Assembly: GCA_947446285.1 (NCBI GenBank)
Contig: CANFGH010000006.1
Location: 1-59,790 of the forward strand
DNA length: 59,790 nucleotides
Reading direction: 5' to 3'
DNA from: Chloroflexota bacterium
GTDB lineage: Bacteria > Chloroflexota > UBA11872 > UBA12225
Part shown: positions 19,644 through 29,837 of the stretch, piece after piece
How positions within the stretch are numbered: position 1 is the first letter of the stretch
Layout of the letters: each line of letters starts with the position of its first letter
The notes under the pieces: model-generated
The model's database searches: none
What the model was told of the DNA's origin: nothing
Seen by the model: only the letters and a program-made list of their open reading frames with translations
Program-made: the position numbers and the translations under genes

Positions 19644-20405
19644 ATGGTTGGAAATCTTCCGGGCATTCGCATCGGTGCAACGCTCAACATGGAGGCCGAT
19701 GACCCGACGTTGGGTGCGGATACGTACCGTTGTCGGATTGAGGACTTCACAGGCGACCGCCTGACGCTGACCTGGCCATCGAAGCGCGGTCAGAGCGTCA
19801 AGCTTGCGGTTGAGGACTCTGTCTCGCTTGCCCTGACGCAATCCGGGACGGACGGGCAACCGACGGCAACGATCTACCTTGAATGTGTTGTCGTGGACCG
19901 GTTGCCTCCGTCTCCGGGCAATCCCGTGGCATTGGTTGTTGTGCGTGTACTCGCTGCCGGCCGGCAGGCACCCCGGGGCTCGTACCGCCTTCCAGTGACT
20001 ATCCCGTTGACCGAGGCGGCTGTCCGCGAGAGTAGTTTTGGGGCCGCGACGTGGAAGCCAGTGTGCGGCTTCGTCCATGACATCAGTGGCGGTGGTCTCG
20101 GCCTCACGTTGGACGAGGAAGTGGCGCCGGGCCTGAAACTTCGGGTTCGTTTCCCGGTTCCCATGGGTTCGGGGGAGATGGCGGTAACTGTCGAAGTGAT
20201 GAACGTGATTGACGTGAACCCGGGCGAACGCTTGTCCAAGTTCAAGGTCGGTGTCAAGTTCGACGACGCGACAGGTCTCCAGAGGGAACGCATGGCCCGG
20301 GCAGTGCATCGGTCACAAGTGGAGAACCGGCGACGTGACCAAGCCGCGGGACGCCTGCACGTTGCAGCCATCGAAACCGCGGAGGATGAGGTCGCGGCCC
20401 CATAG
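19644..20405 (+). CDS. PilZ-domain c-di-GMP-binding protein with YcgR/flagellar-brake-like architecture
   Basis: RxxxR (RGSYR) and DxSxxG (DISGGG) motifs, an N-terminal beta-rich domain, and C-terminal GVKF. Confidence 0.8.
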   Translation: MVGNLPGIRIGATLNMEADDPTLGADTYRCRIEDFTGDRLTLTWPSKRGQSVKLAVEDSVSLALTQSGTDGQPTATIYLECVVVDRLPPSPGNPVALVVVRVLAAGRQAPRGSYRLPVTIPLTEAAVRESSFGAATWKPVCGFVHDISGGGLGLTLDEEVAPGLKLRVRFPVPMGSGEMAVTVEVMNVIDVNPGERLSKFKVGVKFDDATGLQRERMARAVHRSQVENRRRDQAAGRLHVAAIETAEDEVAAP

Positions 20406-20468
20406 GGTTGCTTCTTGGAGTACCATACTTTCAGTTTAGACGGCTAGGTGCCGTGAGGAGGGCGTAGC

Positions 20469-20693
20469 ATGGCGGGTAAGCCCCAGATGGTGTCCCTTGA
20501 GGATTTTGGCAAGCCACCACCACCACCACCGAAGACCCCGACTAACTGGCCACAGATCATCGGTGGGGTTGGGTTCCTCCTTTTCATCGTGGTGGGATTT
20601 GCGCTCCTGATGCCGTGGATGGAAAAGGTCGGCATGGGGTATTGGTCAGCGTCAAGCGAACTTGCTGACGCGGGACGTTTTGCCTCCAAGTAA
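20469..20693 (+). CDS. Small proline-rich single-pass membrane protein, unknown function
   Basis: GAGGAGG RBS; PPPPPP followed by one hydrophobic helix; fills the intergenic gap. Confidence 0.7.
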   Translation: MAGKPQMVSLEDFGKPPPPPPKTPTNWPQIIGGVGFLLFIVVGFALLMPWMEKVGMGYWSASSELADAGRFASK

Positions 20694-20837
20694 TCCTCTG
20701 GCTTCGTTGCGCGTTGTTGACGGCCGGATCAAGGGCAACCTTGCTTCCGGCCGTGACTGTTTTTGTGGCCCTGGCAACAAAGCACTCGCCGGGAACTTGC
20801 ATCCGGTGCACCCGGGAGTGGCCGGTACAATGTCTCC

Positions 20838-21722
20838 ATGACGGCATCTGTACCAACCGCACCAACCGCACCAACACGGCTTGGCCAGGCTTTGGATGAT
20901 TACCGAGCCCGGATCTCTCCTGATGATCATGCGCGTCTACGCAAGTTTGTGACCTGGCTTGGGGTTAGCGTAACCGTGGAAGCCGTACAGGCGTACAAGA
21001 TCGAGGAGTTCCTTGCCCAACAGATCAAGACTTCGATGTCTCCCCGTGCGTACCTTGCCCCACTGAAGACGTTTTTCGCGTACGTCTTGGAACAGCGCGT
21101 TATTCCAAGTGACCCGATGAAGAATGTCCGGTTACCGAGGACTGGGGTCGCTGCGGTCAAGAAGAGCGCGGCGGCGGCTGCCGCAGCAGCGGCGGCGACT
21201 GGTTCACCAACCCACGTGGCAACGACATCCGGGACGTCACGCATCGAAGATGTGGAATACGTCAGCCGTGCCCGACACGAAGAGATGAAGAAGGAACTCG
21301 ACCGGCTTCAAGTCGACGAGAGGCAGCGCATCAGCGCACTCCTCGAGGAGGCGATCAAGGACGGCGATCTTTCCGAGAATGCCGGATACGAAGACGCCAA
21401 GATGCGCCAAGGGTTGCTTGAGGCCAGAATTCGCGACCTCGAGAACAAACTCAGGCACGTGGCATTGATCGAGGATCTGGACAACGACGGCGCCACAATT
21501 GGTGTTGGAAGCCGGGTCAAGTTGCGTGAGGTTGCCACGGATGACGAAGTGGAATACCAAGTCGTAGGGCCGGAGGAGACCGACCCGCGGCTTGGAAAGA
21601 TTTCCCATCGCTCACCGGTTGGCAAGGCCCTCATCGGCAAGACCGCCGGCGAGGAGACCGACGTGGTCACCCCTGGTGGCACCACCCGTTACCTGATCAT
21701 TTCGGTTGAACGGGGGGCGTGA
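20838..21722 (+). CDS. greA: Transcription elongation factor GreA with N-terminal integrase SAM-like domain
   Basis: GDLSENAGYEDAK, IGVGSRV, ISHRSPVGKALIG; about 130-aa N-terminal extension ending LKTFFAY…DPMKNVRLPR plus an Ala-rich linker. Confidence 0.9.
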   Translation: MTASVPTAPTAPTRLGQALDDYRARISPDDHARLRKFVTWLGVSVTVEAVQAYKIEEFLAQQIKTSMSPRAYLAPLKTFFAYVLEQRVIPSDPMKNVRLPRTGVAAVKKSAAAAAAAAAATGSPTHVATTSGTSRIEDVEYVSRARHEEMKKELDRLQVDERQRISALLEEAIKDGDLSENAGYEDAKMRQGLLEARIRDLENKLRHVALIEDLDNDGATIGVGSRVKLREVATDDEVEYQVVGPEETDPRLGKISHRSPVGKALIGKTAGEETDVVTPGGTTRYLIISVERGA

Positions 21723-21818
21723 CCTCGGTGGCGGATGGTCGGGTTGAGAGGGTTCCGGCGCGCCCGGCGCAGCACTTGATAATGGACGCGCGACAGATCG
21801 GGGCGTGGGAGTAATCTG

Positions 21819-22379
21819 GTGCCACCTCTCAGCACCTTGGTTCAGGTTTTCGTTGCCTTTGGCGGGGCGTATCTCGTGGCATTGTGGTTCAGCATGATTG
21901 TCTGGACCTACTACGATATTCGTGCCCGGTCAGCAGACCTATACGTCCACATCTTTGCCACGGCGTTGGTGCTTATTTTCAACGTCTTCGGGCTTCTGCT
22001 CTTTTTCATCCTTCGGCCACGCGAGACACTCGCCGAGGCGTATGAAAGATCTCTTGAAGAGGAAAGCCTGCTTCAGGAACTCGAGGACAGGTTGTACTGC
22101 CCGAGTTGTCGACAACGGATCCATGCTGACTACGTCGTCTGTCCGAGTTGTCACGTGATCCTCAAGAACCGGTGCGGGGCATGCGATCGCCTGGTCAATC
22201 CACGTTGGGAACTCTGTGCATACTGTGGTGCGCTGCAGGGCGTCGGTCATGACCATGCCGGTGGCGAGCACCAACATGGTGACCCTGCCACTGGGTCGCC
22301 GACGGTTGTTGCCATGACGGTGGAAACATATGGCGTGGACGCGCCCGGGCCGGGTGGCAGTGTCGGCAGCGTCGAATGA
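21819..22379 (+). CDS. Membrane protein with double zinc ribbon
   Basis: Two hydrophobic helices, LRPRETL, and four CxxC motifs (CPSC, CPSC, CGAC, CAYC). Confidence 0.8.
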   Translation: MPPLSTLVQVFVAFGGAYLVALWFSMIVWTYYDIRARSADLYVHIFATALVLIFNVFGLLLFFILRPRETLAEAYERSLEEESLLQELEDRLYCPSCRQRIHADYVVCPSCHVILKNRCGACDRLVNPRWELCAYCGALQGVGHDHAGGEHQHGDPATGSPTVVAMTVETYGVDAPGPGGSVGSVE

Positions 22380-22409
22380 CCGGGTGGGCCACTCTTTGAG
22401 GGTGCCCCA

Positions 22410-23120
22410 GTGACCAGGAACGCTGACCCGGCTCGCGTCTCAATCTGTCTTGCATCAAGGTCACCGCGTCGCCAGGATGCATTGCGCGCCTTGGGTGTCG
22501 CGTTCCAAGTCCGGGTCTCGGACGTCGAGGATCGTCTCGACCCAGGACCAGACCCGATTGACCCGGTTCCGATTGCCATCGCAAAGGCACGCGACATCGT
22601 TGCCATCGGTGGCAACGGCTTGCCTGAGGTGGTGCTTGCAGCAGACACCATTGTCGCGCTCGGTGTGGAACCGTTGGGTAAGCCACTGACACCGGATGTC
22701 GCCGTCCGGATGTTGCAGCGGTTGCGCGGACAGCCTCATGCCGTTCGGACGGGTGTGGCGCTTGTCGCCGGAAACCGGCTTTTGAGTGGTGAGGTGTCCA
22801 CACCGCTCGAGATGCGGGACTATTCCGACGACGACATCGCTGCCTATGTCGCGACTGGTGAGGCACTCGATTGCGCTGGCAGTTATGACGCGCGTGGCGT
22901 TGGCGGAACACTCATTGCGTCAATCTCGGGTTGCATCAGTTCGGTCGTTGGATTCCCGATCCATGCGATCGCTGGAATGCTTGTTGATGCCGGAGTGGAC
23001 GTGCCAGTGAACCCGATCGAGGCGTGCACTTCCCTTTACGGGCGCCCATGCGTGGGTGCGGTCAACCCGGAGGCATGTGCCCTCTCCCGGGTTCGGCATG
23101 GAACCGCCACCGACGCGTGA
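22410..23120 (+). CDS. maf: Maf-family nucleoside triphosphate pyrophosphatase
   Basis: LASRSPRR, AADTIV, LGKP, CAGSY, VVGFP. Confidence 0.88.
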   Translation: MTRNADPARVSICLASRSPRRQDALRALGVAFQVRVSDVEDRLDPGPDPIDPVPIAIAKARDIVAIGGNGLPEVVLAADTIVALGVEPLGKPLTPDVAVRMLQRLRGQPHAVRTGVALVAGNRLLSGEVSTPLEMRDYSDDDIAAYVATGEALDCAGSYDARGVGGTLIASISGCISSVVGFPIHAIAGMLVDAGVDVPVNPIEACTSLYGRPCVGAVNPEACALSRVRHGTATDA

Positions 23121-23166
23121 ACCGGTGCGGCGTCGCACCGATGGCGTGAGGTTTCCGGCAATGGTC

Positions 23167-23994
23167 CTAGGACACTCCGTCGGCGGCGTTCCGCAGGGAC
23201 TTGGCGAAGGATCGCAGTTCCTGGACGTGTGTCTCTGGTCGCGTGTGTTCCATCCGGTCGATAATGGCGCTGGCCACGATAGCGGCGTCGGCGATCCCGC
23301 GAAGGCTAGCCACGTGCTCCGGGCGGGATACCCCGAACCCGACCGCCAACGGCAGGTTGGTGAAGCTGCGCACGCGCGCAAGGTATTCGGGCAGGTCGGT
23401 CGGCAGCTCCTGCCTTGCGCCGGTGACACCAGTCAGGCTGACGCAATAGATGAAACCCCGCGCCCGGGCGGCGATTGCGCGGAGACGCGGTTCTGGCGTG
23501 GTGGGGGCAACGAGGAAGATCGTGTCGATTCCCACCCGGTCCAAGGCGTCAATGAGGTCGTCAGACTCTTCCGCGGGCAGGTCGGGAACGATCAGGCCAT
23601 CTACCCCGGCTGCGCTTGCGTCGATCGCAAAGCGTTCCAGCCCCCGGGATAGGATTGGGTTGTAGTAACTCATGAAGATCAGCGGTGCGGTGACGCCGTC
23701 GCTGCGAAGTGTTCGAACGGTATCGAGGGCGATCGAAAGTGTTGCGCCTTGGCGGAGGGCCTCGAATGAGGCCCTCTGGATGGTTGTGCCATCGGCTTGA
23801 GGATCAGAGAAGGGCACACCGAGCTCGATGAGGTCGAATCCTCCGTCGATGAGGGCCGGGACGAGGGTCCGGGATGACTCGATAGTTGGAAACCCGATGG
23901 TTTGCCAACCAACCAAGGCCATCGTGCCGGCTTCGCGGTGACGGGCCAGCGTTGCGCCAATTCGTGACTGATGTTGCGCGGGTTGTTTGTTCAC
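23167..23994 (-). CDS. trpA: Tryptophan synthase alpha subunit
   Basis: [36 protein letters not shown]. Confidence 0.97.
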   Translation of the reverse strand: MNKQPAQHQSRIGATLARHREAGTMALVGWQTIGFPTIESSRTLVPALIDGGFDLIELGVPFSDPQADGTTIQRASFEALRQGATLSIALDTVRTLRSDGVTAPLIFMSYYNPILSRGLERFAIDASAAGVDGLIVPDLPAEESDDLIDALDRVGIDTIFLVAPTTPEPRLRAIAARARGFIYCVSLTGVTGARQELPTDLPEYLARVRSFTNLPLAVGFGVSRPEHVASLRGIADAAIVASAIIDRMEHTRPETHVQELRSFAKSLRNAADGVS

Positions 23995-25217
23995 AGGGTC
24001 ACTCCCAACCGGGTCGCGACTGTACTCAGGTCCTTGTCACCACGCCCCGAACAGTTGACCACGATGATTTCCGATGACGGCCGTGACGCGGCATACTCGG
24101 CGGCGTATGCGATGGCGTGAGCGGTTTCCAGGGCGGGAATGATCCCCTCGGTCTGGCAGAGGAGTTCGAACCCGGCTAGCGCACTCGCATCATCGACGGC
24201 AACGTACGTGGCGCGACCCGAATCCTTGTACCAGGAGTGTTCCGGACCGACGCCGGGATAGTCGAGACCCGCTGAGATGCTGTGGGTTTCAATGACTTGA
24301 CCGTCCCCGTCCTGCATCAGGTACGAGAGTGCACCGTGCAGGACGCCGGGGCGACCCGCCGAAAGCGGTGCTGCATGGCGACCGGTGGAGACGCCATCGC
24401 CTCCGGCCTCGACACCGATCAGGCGCACCGACGGATCATCGTGGAAGGGATGGAAGATGCCCATGGCATTGCTTCCTCCACCGACGCACGCGATCACGGC
24501 ATCCGGCAGGCGACCAATCTGCGCGAGGGACTGTTCGCGGGTCTCACGGCCGATGACACTTTGGAAATCACGCACCATGGTGGGGTACGGATGGGGCCCG
24601 ACGACCGATCCGATAATGTAGAAGGTTTCGTTGACGTTGGTGACCCAGTCGCGGATTGCCTCGTTGATCGCATCCTTCAGGGTGCGCGATCCCGACTTGA
24701 CTGGCCGGACTTCGGCGCCGAGAAGTTTCATGCGGAATACATTTGGCGCCTGGCGGTGTACATCCTCCTCGCCCATGTAGACGATGCACTCGAGGCCGAG
24801 CATCGCGCAGACGGTGGCAGTAGCAACCCCATGCTGTCCGGCGCCGGTTTCCGCAATGATGCGATCCTTGCCCATCCGCCGAGCAAGGAGCCCCTGACCA
24901 AGGGCATTGTTGATCTTGTGCGCACCAGTGTGTGCGAGGTCCTCACGCTTGAAGTACACCTGCGCGCCACCCGCGTGGGCGGTCAGCTTGGTTGCATGGT
25001 AGAGGGGGGTGGGACGCCCGATGAAGTCGCGGGCGAGGGTGTCATAGGTCGCGGTGAAGGCCGGATCGTGACGGGCGACGTCGTATGCGTCGATGAGTTC
25101 CGCAAGGGCGGGCATGAGCGTCTCGGGCACGAACTGGCCACCGTACGGTCCAAACCGACCGGTACGCGTGGCTTCGGCAGGCGTGGTCGCTCCGGTGGAT
25201 GGGCTGACGGTTGCCAT
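23991..25217 (-). CDS. trpB: Tryptophan synthase beta subunit
   Basis: [48 protein letters not shown]. Confidence 0.98.
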   Translation of the reverse strand: MATVSPSTGATTPAEATRTGRFGPYGGQFVPETLMPALAELIDAYDVARHDPAFTATYDTLARDFIGRPTPLYHATKLTAHAGGAQVYFKREDLAHTGAHKINNALGQGLLARRMGKDRIIAETGAGQHGVATATVCAMLGLECIVYMGEEDVHRQAPNVFRMKLLGAEVRPVKSGSRTLKDAINEAIRDWVTNVNETFYIIGSVVGPHPYPTMVRDFQSVIGRETREQSLAQIGRLPDAVIACVGGGSNAMGIFHPFHDDPSVRLIGVEAGGDGVSTGRHAAPLSAGRPGVLHGALSYLMQDGDGQVIETHSISAGLDYPGVGPEHSWYKDSGRATYVAVDDASALAGFELLCQTEGIIPALETAHAIAYAAEYAASRPSSEIIVVNCSGRGDKDLSTVATRLGVTL

Positions 25218-25314
25218 CTGTTTCGATTTCCTTTCAAGTTGGCCCTCACCCCGATCCCCTCATCCGTTTGCGAACGGATAGAAGATGGCGTGGTGACCGT
25301 GATTATTCGCGGGT

Positions 25315-26322
25315 TTAGCGCAGTCCCATTGCGGTGCAGACCCGGTTGAAGGTGCGGTCCGCAATCACTCGCGCGCGGTCGGCGCCGTCTCGGAGAAGGT
25401 CGTCGAGGTCTGAAGAGTTCAGGAGGGAATTGCAACGCGCCTGGATCGGGGAGAGTGTGTCCAGAACCGCGTCAGCAAGGGTTCGCTTGAGGTCACCGTA
25501 TCCCTTCCCTTCGAATCGTGTCTCAATCTGTTCCCGCGTCTCGCCGCTGAGCACCTGATAGATCGTGAGCAAGTTGTAGAGGCCCGGCCGATTGGTGTCG
25601 AAGACGATAGTGCGCTCACTATCGGTCGTGGCACGCATGATCGCCTTGCGGATGTCCTCGGGTTTGTCGAAGATGCCTATTGCCTGTCCGGGCAGGTTGT
25701 CCGACTTGCTCATCTTCTTGAAAGGGTCGGCGAGACCCATGATCCGCGCGCCAGTCTCGGCGATCAGCGGCTTCGGGACGACGAGGATGTCACCGTAGAG
25801 GCGGTTTACCCGCTCGGCGATGTCCCGTGTCAGTTCCACGTGTTGCTTCTGATCGTCCCCAACAGGGACGAGGTTTGCGTCGTACAAAAGGATGTCGGAT
25901 GCCATCAGGACGGGATAGTCGAACAGGCCGGTCGAGATGCGTTCCCGATTATCGCCTTCCCGGGCCGCCTTGTCCTTGAACTGGGTCATGCGCTCAAGCC
26001 ATCCCATGGGGGTGATGCAGTTGAGCACCCACCCGAGTTCGGCATGTGCGCTGACGTGGCTCTGGACGAAGACGATGGTCCTGGCAGGGTTGAGACCGGC
26101 CGCGATGTAGAAGGCCGCGACCTCGCGGGTCTGTTGGCGGAGGGCGACCGGATCCTGGGGCACGGTGATGGCGTGCAGATCCACGATGCAGAAGACGTTT
26201 TCGTACACGTCCTGATCATCGACCCATCGTTTGATCGCTCCGAGGTAGTTGCCCAGATGGAGCCCACCACTCGGCTTGACGCCTGAGAAGGTCTTCAGCC
26301 GCTTGGTCGTCGTGTCTGTCAT
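25315..26322 (-). CDS. trpS: Tryptophan--tRNA ligase
   Basis: HLGN (HIGH motif), VPVGDDQKQH, KMSKS. Confidence 0.97.
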   Translation of the reverse strand: MTDTTTKRLKTFSGVKPSGGLHLGNYLGAIKRWVDDQDVYENVFCIVDLHAITVPQDPVALRQQTREVAAFYIAAGLNPARTIVFVQSHVSAHAELGWVLNCITPMGWLERMTQFKDKAAREGDNRERISTGLFDYPVLMASDILLYDANLVPVGDDQKQHVELTRDIAERVNRLYGDILVVPKPLIAETGARIMGLADPFKKMSKSDNLPGQAIGIFDKPEDIRKAIMRATTDSERTIVFDTNRPGLYNLLTIYQVLSGETREQIETRFEGKGYGDLKRTLADAVLDTLSPIQARCNSLLNSSDLDDLLRDGADRARVIADRTFNRVCTAMGLR

Positions 26323-26387
26323 GGTGAGTTCTCCTGATCGGGATATGCAGGATGAAAATCGTCTGTTCGAGATGGGGAACCCATCCG

Positions 26388-27143
26388 CTACGCCTCCCCT
26401 GACGTAATGGGAGCAAGAAGGACGGTTCGGACATTCCTGATGAAAGACTGCACACGGGCCGTGTCGGTCATGCCGTTGGTTTCAACACCACTGGCGACAT
26501 CGACACCCCATGGACGCGCATGGTCGATCGCTTGTGCCACGGTTTCTGGGGTGAGGCCCCCGGCAACGAACAGGTGCGGTCTTGTTCGAGCGGCAAGGTT
26601 CCGGACGGTTGCGTAGTCCCATGGTTCGCCAGTCCCCCCCCATGTGCCGGGTGTGTCGGCGAGGAATGCGAAGAGGTTTGGCACGGACTCATAGGAGTTG
26701 ATGGGCTCATGCTCGGACGCGGACGTGAGTCTGACGGCTTTGATGATGGGAAGGCCGGTGATCGCCGCGATCGCCGCGCATTCGTCTGGCGTTTCGGTCC
26801 CACTCAATTGCACGATGTCGAGTCCGCATTCGCGTGCGATGTCGTCGATTTCTCGGGCTGTCTGGTTCACGAATATGCCGACAGCGGCGGGCGACACGAT
26901 GCCGTCGGGTCTAGCCCATTGCCCCTGAGCGAGAGCCGCTTCGCTTGCCAATCCACGCGCGACGCCGGCCTTGAGTGCCTCGATGGCGCGGGATGCGGTT
27001 GCCGTATCAGTCCGTCGTCGGCTGATGGGGGCAAAGTTGTACCCGAGGAAATCCGCACCGGCCCCGGCGCAGGCAACGGCCACGTCGACGGTCCGGATCC
27101 CGCAGATTTTTACTCGCATGTGGACGGCAGCGGTTGCGATCAC
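26388..27143 (-). CDS. trpF: Phosphoribosylanthranilate isomerase
   Basis: VKICGI, VQLSG, GGTGEPWD, AGGLTPE, GVDVASGVE. Confidence 0.93.
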   Translation of the reverse strand: MIATAAVHMRVKICGIRTVDVAVACAGAGADFLGYNFAPISRRRTDTATASRAIEALKAGVARGLASEAALAQGQWARPDGIVSPAAVGIFVNQTAREIDDIARECGLDIVQLSGTETPDECAAIAAITGLPIIKAVRLTSASEHEPINSYESVPNLFAFLADTPGTWGGTGEPWDYATVRNLAARTRPHLFVAGGLTPETVAQAIDHARPWGVDVASGVETNGMTDTARVQSFIRNVRTVLLAPITSGEA

Positions 27144-28081
27144 GCTGGTTTCCCCCGAGCCGCCTCTCCGGAGTGATCTCCGCTTCGCGTGCCTGTCGCC
27201 CCGGGTGCCAAGACGGTTCCGCTCATCTCACGCACTTTGACACCGATGTCTGGTGCACGTACCAGGGCTTCGCCGACGAGGATGGCGTGGGCACCGGCGG
27301 CGCGAACCCGATCCACGGTGGCACGGTCGTGAAGTCCACTCTCACTGACGATCACGGGGCCGTGGGTGCCTCGTGGGAGGTGCAGGGCCACACGTTCGGT
27401 TGCGTCGAGCGTGGTGATGAAGGTGCGGAGGTCACGGTTGTTGATGCCGATCACCGCGGCGTTGACAGAAAGCGCGACGGCGGCTTCGGCCTCATCGTGC
27501 ACCTCTACCAGAATTTCCAGTCCTGCGGAACGGGCAACGCCAAGAAGGTGGGCAAGACGTTCTCGGGCAACCTCGAGGTCTGGATTGCCGAATTCGAGAG
27601 GTTGGTCAAGTTCATCGGCGTTGCCGGGAGTTGCGAGAGGCGACGCGAGGGCCGCGACGATCAAGAGGGCGGCGTCAGCACCGGCGGCGCGCGCTTCCCA
27701 CAGTTGGTAGTCAGTGAACAGGAAGTCCTTGCGCAAAACCGGGATGGAGACGGCCTGGCTGACTGCACTGAGGTCTTCCAGGCTGCCCCCGAAGAAGTGC
27801 CCGTCGGTCAGGGTGGAAATCGCACTCGCGCCATTCGCCTGGTAGGTCAGGGCAAGCACGACCGGGTCTGGCACCTCGGCCATCGCTCCGGCGGACGGTG
27901 ACCGGCGCTTTATTTCCGCGATCAGTCGCGCAGGGGTGTCGGCGGGGGCGCGGAGATTGGCGCCGAAAGGCCGTGGGGTCGGCTGGCGCAATGCCTCGGA
28001 GCGGACCGAATCGAGGGAGCGCCGGCGCATCGACGCGGCGACTTCGAGGCGCTTATGGGCGAGGATGTCATCAAGGATCAT
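27140..28081 (-). CDS. trpC: Indole-3-glycerol phosphate synthase
   Basis: IAEIKRRSPS, LRKDF, LVEVH, GINNRDL, SESG, LVGEAL. Confidence 0.95.
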   Translation of the reverse strand: MILDDILAHKRLEVAASMRRRSLDSVRSEALRQPTPRPFGANLRAPADTPARLIAEIKRRSPSAGAMAEVPDPVVLALTYQANGASAISTLTDGHFFGGSLEDLSAVSQAVSIPVLRKDFLFTDYQLWEARAAGADAALLIVAALASPLATPGNADELDQPLEFGNPDLEVARERLAHLLGVARSAGLEILVEVHDEAEAAVALSVNAAVIGINNRDLRTFITTLDATERVALHLPRGTHGPVIVSESGLHDRATVDRVRAAGAHAILVGEALVRAPDIGVKVREMSGTVLAPGATGTRSGDHSGEAARGKPA

Positions 28082-28105
28082 CGTCTTGCTACTTTCCCGC
28101 AAATC

Positions 28106-29140
28106 TCAGGCGAGGGCCTGGCTGACGCGGATGAGGGTCTCCAAGCGTTGACGCGCTGCTCCTGACGCGATCAGGTCGCGTGCACGTGCGACGCCGTCTG
28201 CGAGCGACGTGACCCTTCCTGAGGCGACGAGTGCGGCGGCGGCATTGAGGCATACGATGTCGTGACGCGCGCGCGACGCATCGTCCACCGCGGGCGTGCT
28301 AAACAGCGCGGTGATCAGTTGGGCATTCTCAGGTGCCGTCCCGCCAGCGATGGCCGAACGTGGCGCCGTCGCGATGTCGTGGTCGGAGGGATGGATTGAG
28401 TAGGTTGACGATGTTGCGCCGTCGACGTCGTGAACGACTGTCGCGCCGCTGATGCTGATCTCATCAAGATTTCCGTCACCGTGAACGACCAGGGTCCGCA
28501 CGGCGCCGAGGATGATGAGTGCGCCGGCGATCACTGGCATGACCGTCGGTGACGCGACACCGATGACTTGCCTCGTCGCACCCGCGGGGTTCGTGAGTGG
28601 ACCCAAGATATTGAAAATGGTGCGGATGCCGAGTTCGCGGCGCAACGGCGCCGCGAACTTCATTGCGGGGTGGTAGGCGGGGGCGAACATGAAGGCCAGA
28701 CCGGCTTGATCGATGCATCGGGAGACAGCATCGGGTCCGAGGGAGATCGAGACACCCAAGGCTTCTAGGACGTCCGCTGATCCACATTTGCTGGTCATGC
28801 CTCGGTTGCCATGCTTGGCGACGGGAACTCCGGCCGCGGCGACCACGAAAGCCGATGCCGTTGAGACATTGAAACTGCCGCTGGCATCGCCTCCGGTGCC
28901 ACAGGTGTCGACGAGCTCGCCTTGGCGGTCAGAGGTGACGCGAACGGCTTTCTCGCGCATTACCTGTGCCATGCCGGCCAGTTCGGCGGATGTTTCGCCT
29001 TTTAAGCGCAATGCCGTCACGAACGCACCGAACTGGGCGGGCGACGCGCGATCCTCCATGATGTCCGCCATCACGGCGGTGGCTTCGGCGACGGTAAGGT
29101 CATGTCCATCGACAACCTTGGCGAGAGCTTCGACGATCAT
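28106..29140 (-). CDS. trpD: Anthranilate phosphoribosyltransferase
   Basis: DTCGTGGD, NVST, KHGNR, GSADVLEALG, RTIFNILGPLTNP. Confidence 0.97.
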   Translation of the reverse strand: MIVEALAKVVDGHDLTVAEATAVMADIMEDRASPAQFGAFVTALRLKGETSAELAGMAQVMREKAVRVTSDRQGELVDTCGTGGDASGSFNVSTASAFVVAAAGVPVAKHGNRGMTSKCGSADVLEALGVSISLGPDAVSRCIDQAGLAFMFAPAYHPAMKFAAPLRRELGIRTIFNILGPLTNPAGATRQVIGVASPTVMPVIAGALIILGAVRTLVVHGDGNLDEISISGATVVHDVDGATSSTYSIHPSDHDIATAPRSAIAGGTAPENAQLITALFSTPAVDDASRARHDIVCLNAAAALVASGRVTSLADGVARARDLIASGAARQRLETLIRVSQALA

Positions 29141-29225
29141 CTTGGTAGTTTTCCTCCGACTTCCTCGAGACGCGGAACGCGCCCCCTACCCCATTGCGAC
29201 GGCCGTGCGCACTGTGGCCACATCA

Positions 29226-29837
29226 TCAGGAGGCAGTCCCCGGTCGGCGTTCATGCGACGCGTTCCAGGCGTCGGCAAGATTGAGGAAGTTCCTGAGAAG
29301 GTCCTTTCCCGACTCGGTCTTGATGGACTCGGGGTGGAACTGCACGCCTTCGATCGGATGAACGCGGTGGCGGAGTCCCATGATGAGCCCGGTGTCCGTC
29401 TGTGCGGTCGGGACAAGAGTGTCTGGCAGGCCCTGCCGATCCACGATCAGTGAGTGGTAGCGGATAGCTTGGAAGTCCTGGGGCAGGCCCGCGAAGACGC
29501 CGTGGCCATCGTGATGGATGCGCGAGGTCTTGCCGTGGACGATTTCTGGCGCGCGGATGACCCGGCCCCCAAATGCTTCACCCATCGACTGGTGACCCAG
29601 GCACACACCCAACGTCGGGATCAGTGGTCCGAGGGTGCGGATGATCTCGACGGAAATGCCTGCTTCTCCAGGCGTGCACGGACCAGGAGACACGACGATC
29701 GCGCTAGGTGCCATTTCCCGCACATGCTCGATGGTGACGGCATCGTTGCGGAAGATCTCCAGCTCGGCGCCGAGTTCGGCCAAGTACTGGGCGAGGTTAT
29801 ATGTGAACGAGTCGTAGTTGTCGATCATCACGATCAT
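29226..29837 (-). CDS. trpG: Anthranilate synthase component II (glutamine amidotransferase)
   Basis: IDNYDSFTYN, SPGPC, GVCLGHQ, RYHSL, QFHPES. Confidence 0.96.
   Translation of the reverse strand: MIVMIDNYDSFTYNLAQYLAELGAELEIFRNDAVTIEHVREMAPSAIVVSPGPCTPGEAGISVEIIRTLGPLIPTLGVCLGHQSMGEAFGGRVIRAPEIVHGKTSRIHHDGHGVFAGLPQDFQAIRYHSLIVDRQGLPDTLVPTAQTDTGLIMGLRHRVHPIEGVQFHPESIKTESGKDLLRNFLNLADAWNASHERRPGTAS

Noticed and set aside
20781-20820. AGCACTC…GAGTG upstream of greA, resembling CIRCE
   Set aside because: The arms are 28 nt apart rather than 9 and are incomplete
21168-21197. GCN-rich repeat in greA
   Set aside because: It encodes a poly-Ala linker with mixed codons and is not a contingency repeat
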